64,000 nt of DNA from Candidatus Bathyarchaeota archaeon (GCA_963782525.1 CAWAKC010000007.1:1-64000); one strand, 5' to 3'. Counted from the stretch's first letter, positions 9,098-19,951 are shown. The notes: generated by a model not told the origin, from the sequence alone. Numbers and translations: made by a program.

Positions 9098-10189
9098 ATG
9101 GCAGAAACAACTGGCAAACGCAAAGAGGACCACATAAGAATCTGCTTGGGAAACAAAGCTCAAGCCAAAAACGCCACGACGGGCTTCGAAGACATACAAC
9201 TGGTCCACCGCGCGCTGCCAGAAGTTAACAAATCCAAAATCAACCTAGCCACCACTTTTTTGGGCAAAAAATTCTCAGCCCCAATAATTGTTGGAGCCAT
9301 GACAGGCGGAACAGAACACGCCACACAAATAAACTCTGCGATCGCCCAAACCGTCGAAAAACTTGGGTTGGGGATGGGAGTTGGAAGCCAAAGAGCAGCC
9401 ATCGAAGACCAAAAACTTGAAGAAACCTACGCCATAACCCGAAAAATGGCGCCAAACGCATTCTTAATCGCTAACATCGGTGGAGTCCAGCTTGTTCACG
9501 GTTATGGCTTAAAAGAAGTGCGAAAAGTCGTAGAAATGATAGAGGCTGATGCTGTAGCAGTGCATTTGAATGCGTTGCAAGAAGCGGTTCAGCCGGAAGG
9601 TCAAACTAATTTTAAGGGCGTTTTAGCGAAAATAGCTGAAATCGCCGGAGCACTTGATACGCCAGTGATTGTTAAGGAAACTGGTGCAGGGATTTCTGCA
9701 GAAGATGCTAAAACGCTTGAAGATGCCGGCGTTAAAGCCATCGATGTAGGTGGGGTCGGTGGCACTAGTTTTGCGGCAGTCGAATATCACCGCACTTCGA
9801 CTAAACAAGTTTTGTCTGGGGAAGCTTTCTGGGACTGGGGCATCCCGACTGCAATTAGCTTGATAGAAACGGTGCAAACCGTAAAGTTGCCAGTGATTGC
9901 TTCAGGTGGCTTGCGAAGCGGCACCGACATAGCTAAAGCCTTAGCATTAAACGCCACGTTGGCAAGCATCTCTCAACCAATTCTTCAAACAGCAGTTAAA
10001 GGCGCCAAAGAAACTGAGGAAAAACTTTCATGTTTAATTGAGGAATTACGCAATGCCCTGTTTTTGGTTGGGGCAGAAAAAATAGATGATTTAGCCAAGA
10101 TACCCGTCGTCATTACAGGGAAGACTGGCGAGTGGCTACAAGCCAGAGGGTTTAATTTGCAAAAATACGCTAAAAGAGGAGCACACTAA
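9098..10189 (+). CDS. fni: Type 2 isopentenyl-diphosphate isomerase
   Basis: RKEDHI, AMTGG, GVGSQR, HLNALQE, KETGAG. Confidence 0.95.
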   Translation: MAETTGKRKEDHIRICLGNKAQAKNATTGFEDIQLVHRALPEVNKSKINLATTFLGKKFSAPIIVGAMTGGTEHATQINSAIAQTVEKLGLGMGVGSQRAAIEDQKLEETYAITRKMAPNAFLIANIGGVQLVHGYGLKEVRKVVEMIEADAVAVHLNALQEAVQPEGQTNFKGVLAKIAEIAGALDTPVIVKETGAGISAEDAKTLEDAGVKAIDVGGVGGTSFAAVEYHRTSTKQVLSGEAFWDWGIPTAISLIETVQTVKLPVIASGGLRSGTDIAKALALNATLASISQPILQTAVKGAKETEEKLSCLIEELRNALFLVGAEKIDDLAKIPVVITGKTGEWLQARGFNLQKYAKRGAH

Positions 10190-10190
10190 A

Positions 10191-11261
10191 GTGGATATCG
10201 AAAAGTTTCTAGAAGACACTGCACCTTTAATCGATAAAGCCATCGAAAAATACATTCCAAGAAAATTTGCCAAAGACGCAGTTCTCTTCAAGGTTAACCC
10301 GCCCATGTACAGTTACACCCTTGAACCGCTCAACAAGGCAATTGCCGACCCAATTTGGGATATGCTGGACCGAGGCGGAAAAAGATGGCGCCCTGCCCTC
10401 TTCCTACTCATCTGCGAAGCTCTCGGCCAAAAATCTGAGTACTGCACAGACTTCTCAATCATCCCCGAAGTCATCCACAACGGCACCCTCGTCATCGACG
10501 ACATCGAAGACAGCTCAGAAATACGCCGAGGTAAACCCTGCACCTACAAGATTTTCCAAATGGACATCGCCGTAAACGCTGGAAACGCCATGTACTATCT
10601 ACCGCTTTTACCGCTCATGGCGCAAAGCGCTAAAATATCAGCGGAGATGCAACGAGATGTTTACGAGGTTTATGTGCAGGAAATGATTAACCTTAGCATG
10701 GGGCAAGCTATGGACATCGCTTGGCACCGAGGAATCGCTAATGCCGACGACTTGTCGGAAGAAGACTATCTGCAGATGTGTGCCTACAAAACAGGCACTC
10801 TTGCGAGGATGGCAGCAAAAATGGCGGCAGTCATTTCGGACGCTAACAAGCCTCTAGTGGAAAAGCTGGGTCGCTTTGCAGAAAGCATCGGCGTTGCCTT
10901 CCAAATGCAAGACGATATCCTCGACTTGACCGGGGAACAGTTCGCTAAAAGCAAAGGTTGCGTTGGAGGCGACATCACCGAAGGCAAACGCTCCCTATTA
11001 GCTATCTACACCCTGAAAGTTGCAAAACCTGTAGATAAGAAACGCCTAATTGAAATCCTCAACATGCACACCAGCGACCAAAAACTCCGCGATGAAGCCA
11101 TCGCTCTGATGCAGAAATACGGCGCCATGGAACATGTCAAACGAACCGCGGAACGGATGGTTATGGAAAGCTGGAGTGAAGCAGAAAAACTGTTGCCCAC
11201 GCCGCAAGCTAAGGAAAAATTAAAAGCGTTCGCCGAATTCTTGATAAAACGAAACAAGTAA
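10191..11261 (+). CDS. Geranylgeranyl diphosphate synthase (polyprenyl synthetase)
   Basis: GGKRWRP, DDIED..RRG, FQMQDDILD motifs. Confidence 0.9.
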   Translation: MDIEKFLEDTAPLIDKAIEKYIPRKFAKDAVLFKVNPPMYSYTLEPLNKAIADPIWDMLDRGGKRWRPALFLLICEALGQKSEYCTDFSIIPEVIHNGTLVIDDIEDSSEIRRGKPCTYKIFQMDIAVNAGNAMYYLPLLPLMAQSAKISAEMQRDVYEVYVQEMINLSMGQAMDIAWHRGIANADDLSEEDYLQMCAYKTGTLARMAAKMAAVISDANKPLVEKLGRFAESIGVAFQMQDDILDLTGEQFAKSKGCVGGDITEGKRSLLAIYTLKVAKPVDKKRLIEILNMHTSDQKLRDEAIALMQKYGAMEHVKRTAERMVMESWSEAEKLLPTPQAKEKLKAFAEFLIKRNK

Positions 11262-11283
11262 CATTTCAGCGAGCGTATGTGAT

Positions 11284-13032
11284 TTGGCATTAGAAAACAA
11301 TAGTGAACTACGTGAGTTTATTCGGAAAGCCGCCTTGCTAAACGCTGTTGGGCATGATGGAAAAGCTCAAGCAGGCGCGTTGGTTGGCAAAATTCTAGGA
11401 GAAAAGGCAGAGCTACGGAGCAGAGTGAAGGAACTCTCTGGTGTTATTAACGCTGTTGTGAATGAAGTCAACAGTTTATCTCCGGCTGAGCAAAAGGCGA
11501 TTGTTGAAACAAATTGGCCTGAAACCCAAAAGAAACATGAAGCTGAAGATAAAAAGCTGCCCCCGCTACCGAACGCCGACAAATACAAACAAATAGTCAC
11601 ACGTTTCTCCCCGAACCCAGACTGCGTGCTGCATTTGGGTTCTGCAAGAGCCATCCTGTTAAGCCACGAGTACGCCCGCATATACAACGGCAAATTCATC
11701 CTTCGATTCGAAGACACTGACCCCAAAATTAAACGCCCATCCCTGAAGTTCTACGACAGCATACGCCAGGATTTGAAGTGGTTGGGCTGTACTGTCGACG
11801 AGGAATACATCCAAAGCGACCGCCTACCAATCTACTATGAATACGCAGAAAAACTCATTGGAGACGGCAACGCATACGTCTGTGAATGCCTTCCTGAAGT
11901 TTTCCGTAAAATGATCATTGAAAAACAGGCGTGCCCTTGCCGAGATTTACCAGCCTCTGAGAACCTTGAACGTTGGCATCGAATGCTGGATGGCAGTTAT
12001 ACAGAAGGGCAAGTAGTGGTTCGAGTGAAAACTGACCTTGAAAACCCCAACCCAGCCGTTCGAGATTGGCCGGCATTACGCATAATCGACACTAAAAAGT
12101 TTCCTCATCCACGTGTGGGAAGCAAATACTTCGTTTGGCCCCTCTACAACTTAGCCGCTGGTTTAGATGACCACTTGATGGGTATGACCCATATCATCCG
12201 AGGTAAAGAACACTACACCAACATGGTTCGCCAAAAATACATGTATCAATACCTTGGCTGGGAATATCCTGAAGCCATCCACTACGGCAGATTAAAAATC
12301 ACTGGTGCCGACTTGAGCAAGTCCAAAATCGTCGCAGGTATAAAGGCAGGCACCTACAAGGGTTTTGACGACCCCAGACTGGGAACCTTTTCTGCATTAC
12401 GAAAGAGAGGAATTAACCCGGAAGCTATCAAAAAAATGATAGTTGACGTGGGCATAAAACCAAACGATGTCACCTTGAGTTGGGAAAACCTGTATTCATA
12501 CAACCGAAAAATCCTCGATACCAAAAGCAGCCGCTACTTCTTCGTTGCTGACCCCGTCAAACTCAAAGTTACGCAGGTGCCGAAACGAAGTTTCCATGTT
12601 TTGTTGCCATTACAGCCTGACAAGCCTGATCAGCACAGAGAATATTCTATAAATCATGAAGAAAATGACCAACTGAGTTTTTGGGTTTCAAAGAAAGATG
12701 CTGAAACGATGGAACCCGAAAAAGTCTTCAGACTCATGGAGCTCTTCAACATCAAAATCGAATCCAAAAAAGACAACTTTGTGACTGCAAAGTTTGCCAG
12801 CGAATCCTACGAGGACGTACGCAAAATCAAAGTCCAACTCATCCAGTGGATACTCGAGGGCACCGAGTTCCCAAGCCAAGTAGTCATGCCAGACGCATCA
12901 GTCACCGAAGGATTTGCTGAATCTGACTGCAAAAAGTTAAAGCCAGACGCCATCATACAGTTTGAACGCTTCGGATTCGTCCGCGTAAACGAAGTCGGCG
13001 AAAAAATAGTCGCTTACTACGCACACAAATAG
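11284..13032 (+). CDS. gltX: Glutamyl-tRNA synthetase (archaeal)
   Basis: RFSPNP..LHLG, LRFEDTDP, IIRGKEH, LSKS, QFERFGF. Confidence 0.95.
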   Translation: MALENNSELREFIRKAALLNAVGHDGKAQAGALVGKILGEKAELRSRVKELSGVINAVVNEVNSLSPAEQKAIVETNWPETQKKHEAEDKKLPPLPNADKYKQIVTRFSPNPDCVLHLGSARAILLSHEYARIYNGKFILRFEDTDPKIKRPSLKFYDSIRQDLKWLGCTVDEEYIQSDRLPIYYEYAEKLIGDGNAYVCECLPEVFRKMIIEKQACPCRDLPASENLERWHRMLDGSYTEGQVVVRVKTDLENPNPAVRDWPALRIIDTKKFPHPRVGSKYFVWPLYNLAAGLDDHLMGMTHIIRGKEHYTNMVRQKYMYQYLGWEYPEAIHYGRLKITGADLSKSKIVAGIKAGTYKGFDDPRLGTFSALRKRGINPEAIKKMIVDVGIKPNDVTLSWENLYSYNRKILDTKSSRYFFVADPVKLKVTQVPKRSFHVLLPLQPDKPDQHREYSINHEENDQLSFWVSKKDAETMEPEKVFRLMELFNIKIESKKDNFVTAKFASESYEDVRKIKVQLIQWILEGTEFPSQVVMPDASVTEGFAESDCKKLKPDAIIQFERFGFVRVNEVGEKIVAYYAHK

Positions 13033-13041
13033 GTGAAACAT

Positions 13042-13353
13042 ATGAGGAAACTCGATAAAGCAATAATCTGGCCAGTCTACTTCGACTGCAACAAAACACG
13101 AAAAGATGGACGCCGAGTCCCCAAGACCATTGCAGTGCAATCCCCAAAAATCTTGGAAATCAAAGAAGCCGCCGACAAGCTGGGCTTACAGAATGAAGTT
13201 AACCTGGAAGCTCATTTTCCCAGAACACCCTGGACTAAGTCAGGTATGCTGTTGGTTGAGAAGAATGAACCGAAAGAAAAGATAATTCAAAAACTCGCAA
13301 AACAACTAGTGAAGATTAAAAGTCAGCAGCAACAATTGCCTGCAAGACGTTGA
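13042..13353 (+). CDS. srp19: Signal recognition particle 19 kDa protein
   Basis: IIWPVYFD..KTRKDGRRVPK. Confidence 0.95.
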   Translation: MRKLDKAIIWPVYFDCNKTRKDGRRVPKTIAVQSPKILEIKEAADKLGLQNEVNLEAHFPRTPWTKSGMLLVEKNEPKEKIIQKLAKQLVKIKSQQQQLPARR

Positions 13354-13368
13354 AATAAAAAAGCAATT

Positions 13369-13761
13369 TTATGCTTTTTCTTTTGTTATGAGAACAGCAT
13401 TGATTACGCCATCGCTGCCCGGACGACTCGTCACTTTCGCTAAGCCCAATGCGGTTTCGATTTCTGCGCCTTTGGTGATGACGCCTCTGCGATTGTAGTC
13501 AACGTTTGCGCCGTTTTTAACGACTCGGGTGATTTCGGTTTTCTCTGTTTTGCCGCTTTTAGGATCAGTTACTGAGGCGAACTTGTCAGCGAGAACTTTG
13601 ATTCTGCAGATGCCGCCCATTCCACGAGTGGTCTTGCGCCTTGGCTCCCCAAGAACTGTTTCCGCCGCATAACCGCCTGCTTCATACTTTTTCTTGCTGC
13701 GGTAAGCTCGTTTTTTGCCGCCTGTAAGCTTTCTTTTACGTAAACTACTATGAGTAGACAT
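13369..13761 (-). CDS. rps8e: 30S ribosomal protein S8e
   Basis: RKLTGGK, VITKGA, VTSRPG.DGVINAVL. Confidence 0.95.
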   Translation of the reverse strand: MSTHSSLRKRKLTGGKKRAYRSKKKYEAGGYAAETVLGEPRRKTTRGMGGICRIKVLADKFASVTDPKSGKTEKTEITRVVKNGANVDYNRRGVITKGAEIETALGLAKVTSRPGSDGVINAVLITKEKA

Positions 13762-13990
13762 ATTCTACCTATCCTTGATTCGAGTAGCAACTAAAACCGT
13801 AGATTCCAATATAAACATACTGTTTTAAAGCCAAAGTTTTGTGGGTTTTGTTGGTTTTTTCTTATGAGATGTAACAGAAAAAAACCGATACCACAACAAC
13901 CAACAGTTTGCTGAAAAAATTGGGTTTTAATATTTAGGCGGGTTTTAGCTTGCTTTCTTGTTTTTGCAAGTTTTTGCAAGCACCTGTAGC

Positions 13991-14656
13991 TTATGCTTTT
14001 TCAGCGTTATTCTCAGGATTTTCCTGTTCTGCATCTTTTTGTTGACGTTCTGCCAAGTCCTCTTTTATGGCTTCTCCAAATATCTTCTTGAGGTCCTTCT
14101 TCATGACAGCCATATCTGTTGTTAATCCGAAGTAGTCTGAGAAGTAATCTGTGGTCTTGAGTGCTAATGTTCGGCCACTTCGCTCGGACATTATTAGTCC
14201 CATGTCTTTGAGGAGTTTTACATGTCCATAGGCGTGTTGTCCTCGGACGTCTATGACTCTTTTCTGGCTGATAGGCTGGCGCCATGCAATGTAGGAGAGC
14301 GTTTTGAGTGGACCTGAAGATAGCAATGGGCGATTCACCAGTTTCTTAATTAAGTGAGTAAATTCTGCTTTTACCTGCAAAACGTAACGTTCATTCTTAA
14401 GAGCCAAGATCTCCAACGCCGTATTGCGTGCAACATATTCTTTCATGAGGATTTCAACGTAGGTTTGGGTTCTTTTCTTGGATCGGCTACCTACAACCTG
14501 ACATAGCTCGTTTAAGTCTAATGGACGACCAGCAACGTAAAGAGCTGCCTCTAAGAGCGCCAAATGATGGGCTTTTCGCTCGTTTTCCTGTACCTGCTCA
14601 AACGCAGGATTCGGAGGGTGACTTCGCTCAACTAATGGGTTTTTCGACTTTTCCAA
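13991..14656 (-). CDS. scpB: SMC-Scp complex subunit ScpB
   Basis: LEAALY, TLSYIAWRQPI, VRG, TTDYFSDYFGL; follows scpA. Confidence 0.9.
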   Translation of the reverse strand: MEKSKNPLVERSHPPNPAFEQVQENERKAHHLALLEAALYVAGRPLDLNELCQVVGSRSKKRTQTYVEILMKEYVARNTALEILALKNERYVLQVKAEFTHLIKKLVNRPLLSSGPLKTLSYIAWRQPISQKRVIDVRGQHAYGHVKLLKDMGLIMSERSGRTLALKTTDYFSDYFGLTTDMAVMKKDLKKIFGEAIKEDLAERQQKDAEQENPENNAEKA

Positions 14657-15353
14657 TGTTCAGTTTCCCCACAGCTATGTAGAGTTCCTCGGTTTCTTCA
14701 TTCTGCCACAGGCTAACTAAGCCATCCTGCGCAAGGAATAACAGATAAATAAACATTCTCAGCGCTTCGATGCGTGTTGCGCCTTTGATCAGGGTTGAGA
14801 AATCGATTATCCCTTGACCACCCGTTTTCTCTATGAGTATAGCATAGAGTTGGTCGACTTGCAGTTCGAGTTCGGCGATGAACCTGTCGAATTGAGGCAA
14901 CAAATCGGTGACGGCTGGCAAAACTGGATGCTGCTCGACTACATGTTTTAGGCTTAAGAGTTTTTCACCCTTCAACACGTCATCCAAAACTTCGAGCAGA
15001 TGCTGGATAGTTGTGGAAGTTAACTCGTGACGCAGGGGCAGGAATAGGGGTGGCGGAACAAAATCCGTGGGAACCTTAGGCAACGCGGCAGGCGGCTCCT
15101 GCAGAGTTAGCAACAGCTTTGATTTCATTAAGTAAATCAAAGCAGAAGAATCTAATGCAACACCGGATGCTCGGAAATCGACTTTTTCGGGGAGGGTACG
15201 CTCCATCTCCGATAAGAAGGACCTGAGGAGGTATGCGATATTGACGTTCCAGGGGGTAACTTTTTCGAGTTTGCTGATTTCGAAGAGGATGTTCCAGGGT
15301 GGACGCAAGTAGAAGGGTCGTCTCATGGGAATAGTTGGTGGCGGGGAGGTCAT
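14628..15353 (-). CDS. scpA: Kleisin ScpA
   Basis: PWNVNI, YLMKSKLLL, FIYLLFLAQDG; lies between smc and scpB. Confidence 0.85.
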   Translation of the reverse strand: MTSPPPTIPMRRPFYLRPPWNILFEISKLEKVTPWNVNIAYLLRSFLSEMERTLPEKVDFRASGVALDSSALIYLMKSKLLLTLQEPPAALPKVPTDFVPPPLFLPLRHELTSTTIQHLLEVLDDVLKGEKLLSLKHVVEQHPVLPAVTDLLPQFDRFIAELELQVDQLYAILIEKTGGQGIIDFSTLIKGATRIEALRMFIYLLFLAQDGLVSLWQNEETEELYIAVGKLNIGKVEKPIS

Positions 15354-18300
15354 TGTTTGGGTGCCTCCGGTGGGAACTTTGCAGTTACTACGTTTGAGAT
15401 GCCGTTGCGTTCGTAGACTCCGTAGACTTTCTGGGCTTTGTTTACCATTTCGGGTCTGAGGCTGATGACTATGAACTGGATTTTTCCCGCTTCCTCAAGC
15501 AGCACTTCGGCGAGTTTTGTGGTGTGGAAGGCGTCTAAATGGGCGTCGACTTCGTCAAGGATGTAGAAGGCTGCGGGCGTGAAGTCTTTGAGTGAGAAAA
15601 TGAAGCTAACTGCCGAAACTGAGCGTTCGCCGCCGCTTGCACCACTGACGACAATAGAGGGTTTATTTGGGAACTGCACCAACATGTCGATGCCGCCGCT
15701 GAATGGTGTCTCAGGGTTTTCTAGCTTAAGCGTTGCTTCTCCGCCGCCCGTGAGCTTAGAAAAGTAAACTTTTAGGCTGGCGTTGATTTTCTCGAATGCA
15801 TCCATGAAGATTTTGCGTTTCTTAGATTCAATCTCATCCATGAACAGCACGATGGCTTGTTTTTCCCGTTCCAACTCGTTTAAGCGCACGGACAATTCTC
15901 GGTAACGTGAAATCTGCTCTGAATAGTGTGAGGAAGCAAGCTGATTGATGGCGCCGATGCGTTCCATTTCAAACTGCATCATTCGGATGGTGGTTTCTGC
16001 TTCCTGAACTTGCCGTGGGTTAGTTTCCAGCGGCTTCTCATACCCGAACATTCGAAGTTGACCCTGAAGCTGCTGCAAACGCAGCTGGCTGGTTTCGATA
16101 CCCAATTGCAGTTGGTTTAGAAGCCGCTCTGCCTGCTCATATTCCGTATCCAGTAACCGTAACTCAGAGTCTATGGAGTCAATTTGGGAAGTGAACTTTT
16201 TAGATTCTTCACGCGCCGAGAACACTGCCTTTGAAAGGTCAACGCGGCTCTTCTCAAGCTCGTCCGCTTCTTTCTTGATTAGGTCGCGTTCCAAAATTGC
16301 GTCGGCAACTTCCTTCTCCAGCTTTCCTTTTTGCTGGTCAATTTTGTCAAGCTGAATCTTTGTGTTCTTGTACCCTATCCTTAGAACCCGATCGAACTGT
16401 GATTGATGAGTGGAAATCTCAGTTTGAGCAGAACCCAAACGTTGCCGCAGTGTGTTTAGTTCTTCACCGACTTTTTCGCGTTGAACTTCAAGTTCTTGGA
16501 TGTGTGCGACGTCGGTTTTTAGTCTTAGTGCTGTGATTTCTGCGTGGATTTTCTGATGGTTTCGTCGGATGTTATTTCTTTCGTTTCGGTAGACATCCAT
16601 GCGGCCTTTGTAAGATGCTGCTTCACGTTCAAGTTTGCCGCCGTATTTTTCTATATGACGGACGTTAAATTGGGTTCGTTTAACGCTGCGTTTTACCCTG
16701 ATTATTTCTCTCTCGAGCATGGCGACGGATTCAGTGAGTTTTGTAATTGCGATTTTTGTGTACTCAAGTTCTTCATCGATTCCAACGATGTCAGTGCCCC
16801 GTTGAGTTAGGTGGCTCTGGAGCGCTTTAACTGCTTCATCCAAACTCTTTAGGGCGTTTTCGCTGGGAATAATCGTTGAGAAATCTATCGGTGCACGGTA
16901 ATAGCCGCTTTCAAAAGCTCCAGGCTCATACAAGTCACCGTTAACTGTGACTGCCCTGTACCCTTCGTTTGAGAGTGCAAAAGCTGTTTTGTCGTTTGAG
17001 ACAACTACGGTGTCTCCGAAGACATAGTTAATGGCAAGCGCATAAGCGTCATCATACTTCATGAGGTTAGCAAGGGGGCCGACTGTGCCTTCCTGTTTGG
17101 GGGGGTCTTTGTTTTTTATGGTGATGGCGCCTTTTAGAGGTATGATTTTGATTCTGCCCAGTTTCATGCGTCTGAGGGTTTCCATGCAGGTGAAGGCTAC
17201 GTCTATGTCTTTAACGACTAAAGCATCGAGCCAGCCTGTGGCGGCGGCATCGACAGCTTTCTTGTAGCCTTTATCAATCTTTATGAGGTTCCGTAGTCTA
17301 CCGTGGATTCCAGCGATGGCGCCAACGTCGCTCATTTCTTCGATGCCTCGAAGCGCTTTTTCTTCGTTGGCGATGGTAGCTGCGAGGTCTCTTTGTGTAG
17401 CAAACTCTACCACGGCGTCTTTAGCGGAACTCGCGATTTTCTCGGCTTCTGTGATTTCTTTTTGAACTGTTTCCTTCTGGAGTGTTTTACGTTCAATGGT
17501 GTGCTCAAGGTTTTTGAGTTGGGTTTTTTGGTCTCTTTGAACTTGTTCGAGTTCAGATAGGGATTTTTCTATTTCGACTAGGCTGGTTTGGAATTTTTCC
17601 TTTCTAACAGACAGGTTTTTGATTCTTCCAACACAAAGTCGCAGAGCAGACTTATCCTGAGTGTATTCGGAACGTAAATAGGCAACTCGTTTGACATGAC
17701 TTTCGATTTGAGCTTCTAAAGCACGTATTTTCAGGTTGTTGTCGTCGAGTCCACCCCAAAGTTGACTGGTCTCTTGCGCCAACACACCATGCGAAGCTTC
17801 TTTTTCAGCTATTTGCGCTTTTAGTTTTTCGTGTTCGCTACGGAATTGACGGATTTTTAAGCGGTTCTCCCTAATCTCATTTCTTAGGTTCTCATGTTGG
17901 GTAATGCTGTTTTCGCGGACTCGCTTGAAACTTTCAAGGCTTGATTGTCCAGAACTAATTTTCGTCGTTAATTCGGTAAGTTTAGATTTTAACTCACCAA
18001 TTTTAATTTGGACTTTTAGAACTTCTGAACCGCCCTGCTCAAGTCCTTCGCCGCTGAGTTTGCGCCAGTCACCTTCAATCTCATGACGTTTGGATCTGCG
18101 TAGGTCCCGTTGCACCTTTAATTTGTCGACTCTTTCCTTGACCTTAACGGTTTGCCCCGTGCTTTCACTTATTTTTGTGTTCATCTGGGTTATGTCGCTT
18201 GAGATTTTGACGGCTTGGAACTTCTTGGTTTCGGATTGGATGAAGTTGTAGCGTAAAAGTTGGTTACGTTCACGTTCAAGGTCGTCGAGGCGTTTTTGAA

Positions 18301-18904
18301 CTTCATCGATTCTGCCCATTGCGGTTCGAATTGAAATATCTGCGGCACGCAGTTTCTCTTCTGCTTCAATCTTTTCATCGTCGTATTGGGCGATGCCAAT
18401 AAGGTCTTCGATGATTTTTCTTCGCTCAAGCGGATTTACATCGGTTAACCTTGTGATTGTGCCTTGAGGTATGATGTTTTGGCTCATGCTACTGATTGCA
18501 GCCATAGAAAGGGTTTCAGTTACGTGGGCGCGTGACATCCTTCGCCCATTTAATCGGTAAACGCTCTGTCCGTTGCGATAAACTTCCCGCGAAATTGTAA
18601 CGGTGGTTGTGTCAACGGGCATCAAGCCATCTGTATTGTCGAATTGGACCACGACTTTAGCCATCTTTGCTTTTTCTTGCCCAGCCTTTTCGGAGCCGTG
18701 AAAAATCAGTTTAGCAGAATTTTCTGCGCGGAGCCTTCTTGTACTAAGTTCTCCAAGAGAGAAAAGCAAAGCGTCCATTATGTTGGTTTTGCCGCTTCCG
18801 TTGGGTCCAGTGATGGCTGTAAAACCTTTATCGAGGTTTACCTTAACTGTCTGTGGCCCAAAAGACTTAAAGCCTTTTAACTCGATTTTTTTTATGAAGG
18901 GCAT
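15350..18904 (-). CDS. smc: Chromosome segregation protein SMC
   Basis: GPNGSGKTN Walker A, long coiled coils, hinge, SGGE signature, LDEVDAHLD. Confidence 0.97.
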   Translation of the reverse strand: MPFIKKIELKGFKSFGPQTVKVNLDKGFTAITGPNGSGKTNIMDALLFSLGELSTRRLRAENSAKLIFHGSEKAGQEKAKMAKVVVQFDNTDGLMPVDTTTVTISREVYRNGQSVYRLNGRRMSRAHVTETLSMAAISSMSQNIIPQGTITRLTDVNPLERRKIIEDLIGIAQYDDEKIEAEEKLRAADISIRTAMGRIDEVQKRLDDLERERNQLLRYNFIQSETKKFQAVKISSDITQMNTKISESTGQTVKVKERVDKLKVQRDLRRSKRHEIEGDWRKLSGEGLEQGGSEVLKVQIKIGELKSKLTELTTKISSGQSSLESFKRVRENSITQHENLRNEIRENRLKIRQFRSEHEKLKAQIAEKEASHGVLAQETSQLWGGLDDNNLKIRALEAQIESHVKRVAYLRSEYTQDKSALRLCVGRIKNLSVRKEKFQTSLVEIEKSLSELEQVQRDQKTQLKNLEHTIERKTLQKETVQKEITEAEKIASSAKDAVVEFATQRDLAATIANEEKALRGIEEMSDVGAIAGIHGRLRNLIKIDKGYKKAVDAAATGWLDALVVKDIDVAFTCMETLRRMKLGRIKIIPLKGAITIKNKDPPKQEGTVGPLANLMKYDDAYALAINYVFGDTVVVSNDKTAFALSNEGYRAVTVNGDLYEPGAFESGYYRAPIDFSTIIPSENALKSLDEAVKALQSHLTQRGTDIVGIDEELEYTKIAITKLTESVAMLEREIIRVKRSVKRTQFNVRHIEKYGGKLEREAASYKGRMDVYRNERNNIRRNHQKIHAEITALRLKTDVAHIQELEVQREKVGEELNTLRQRLGSAQTEISTHQSQFDRVLRIGYKNTKIQLDKIDQQKGKLEKEVADAILERDLIKKEADELEKSRVDLSKAVFSAREESKKFTSQIDSIDSELRLLDTEYEQAERLLNQLQLGIETSQLRLQQLQGQLRMFGYEKPLETNPRQVQEAETTIRMMQFEMERIGAINQLASSHYSEQISRYRELSVRLNELEREKQAIVLFMDEIESKKRKIFMDAFEKINASLKVYFSKLTGGGEATLKLENPETPFSGGIDMLVQFPNKPSIVVSGASGGERSVSAVSFIFSLKDFTPAAFYILDEVDAHLDAFHTTKLAEVLLEEAGKIQFIVISLRPEMVNKAQKVYGVYERNGISNVVTAKFPPEAPKQ

Positions 18905-19021
18905 TAGTCTTTATCCTCTCGGAAGCAACGTTTTCCTTTTTAACATCTCTCATCAACATATCTATAAAAGCTTATAGCGTTTCTTCTGCGTTTATACACT
19001 ATCACTCAGTACTCATTAATC

Positions 19022-19405
19022 CTATAGATTCGAGAACCTTTTAGGTTTTTTGTAAAAATGCATTTGCGTTCCGTTGAAAATCATTTCGTCGTATTTTATC
19101 CAGCCTGCAATGCCAAGTTTTTTGATTTCATCAGGAGTCGTTGCGGAAGTCACTTCGAAATCGTCATCTTCTAAGTTGAGCATCTGAATGTACTTCATTG
19201 TGCTGTCAACACGTTTATGCCGCAGGATTTGTTTGACTTTTAGCACGTTGCCGTTTGTGTAGTGCGCCAACATGCTTCCACCCCAATGCCTGAAGGTTCT
19301 AAGTTCAATGGATAGTAGTCGTGGGTTCTGGTGTATGTGGGCATATCTTTTGCGCATGCGATTGTAAGTATCATGGATTACGCCGCAGGTTGTTGGGAAG
19401 AATAG
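19022..19405 (-). pseudogene. Tyrosine recombinase/integrase C-terminal fragment
   Basis: LFFPTT...LRTFRHW...ILRHKRVDSTMKY (catalytic R, H, Y region). Frame closed by TGA just upstream; N-terminal part missing. Confidence 0.85.
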
Positions 19406-19579
19406 CTTTTTTCAGACAAGCCTTGGCCCTTCTCGCTATGGGGGGCAAAATGGCGAAGGCCTTCAAAAAACCGAGGCACCGTAACTATAGCGACGTTATA
19501 GGCCTGCCGTCCCGCCATTTCAGACAACACAAATCTTATATTAAATCGTAAGGCACATATGCCCCTAAGGAAACACGAA

Positions 19580-19951
19580 ATGTCAGAAACACGACAGTTA
19601 GGAATAGCTTTAGTCATCATCGGCGGACTTGTTCTAGCCGGAGCTGCTTTTGCATATGCGTATCAAGAAACAACAACAGAAACTATCCCCGAATTCAGCT
19701 TTGGCGGCATTCAAGTAACTCAACCCACGTATTACGATGTCACGACAACGCCGTATAAAGATTATGCCGTTCCCTTGATTATAGGAAGCGTTGCTTTGTT
19801 CGTTGTCGGCTTTGCCCTCATGTTCAGCCAATCCCGAAATCTCGCCCCCGCCGCCCCAAGGTCAACCTCAACTGTACCAGTCTATCCCTTGACAGGCTTG
19901 GGCAAGGCACACAGTGGAAAGACGTCAAGGTTTCCTCTTCGGCTGTTTTGA
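19580..19951 (+). CDS. Small two-TM membrane protein
   Basis: Two hydrophobic segments. The 3' end overlaps an opposite-strand gene and may be read-through. Confidence 0.6.
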   Translation: MSETRQLGIALVIIGGLVLAGAAFAYAYQETTTETIPEFSFGGIQVTQPTYYDVTTTPYKDYAVPLIIGSVALFVVGFALMFSQSRNLAPAAPRSTSTVPVYPLTGLGKAHSGKTSRFPLRLF

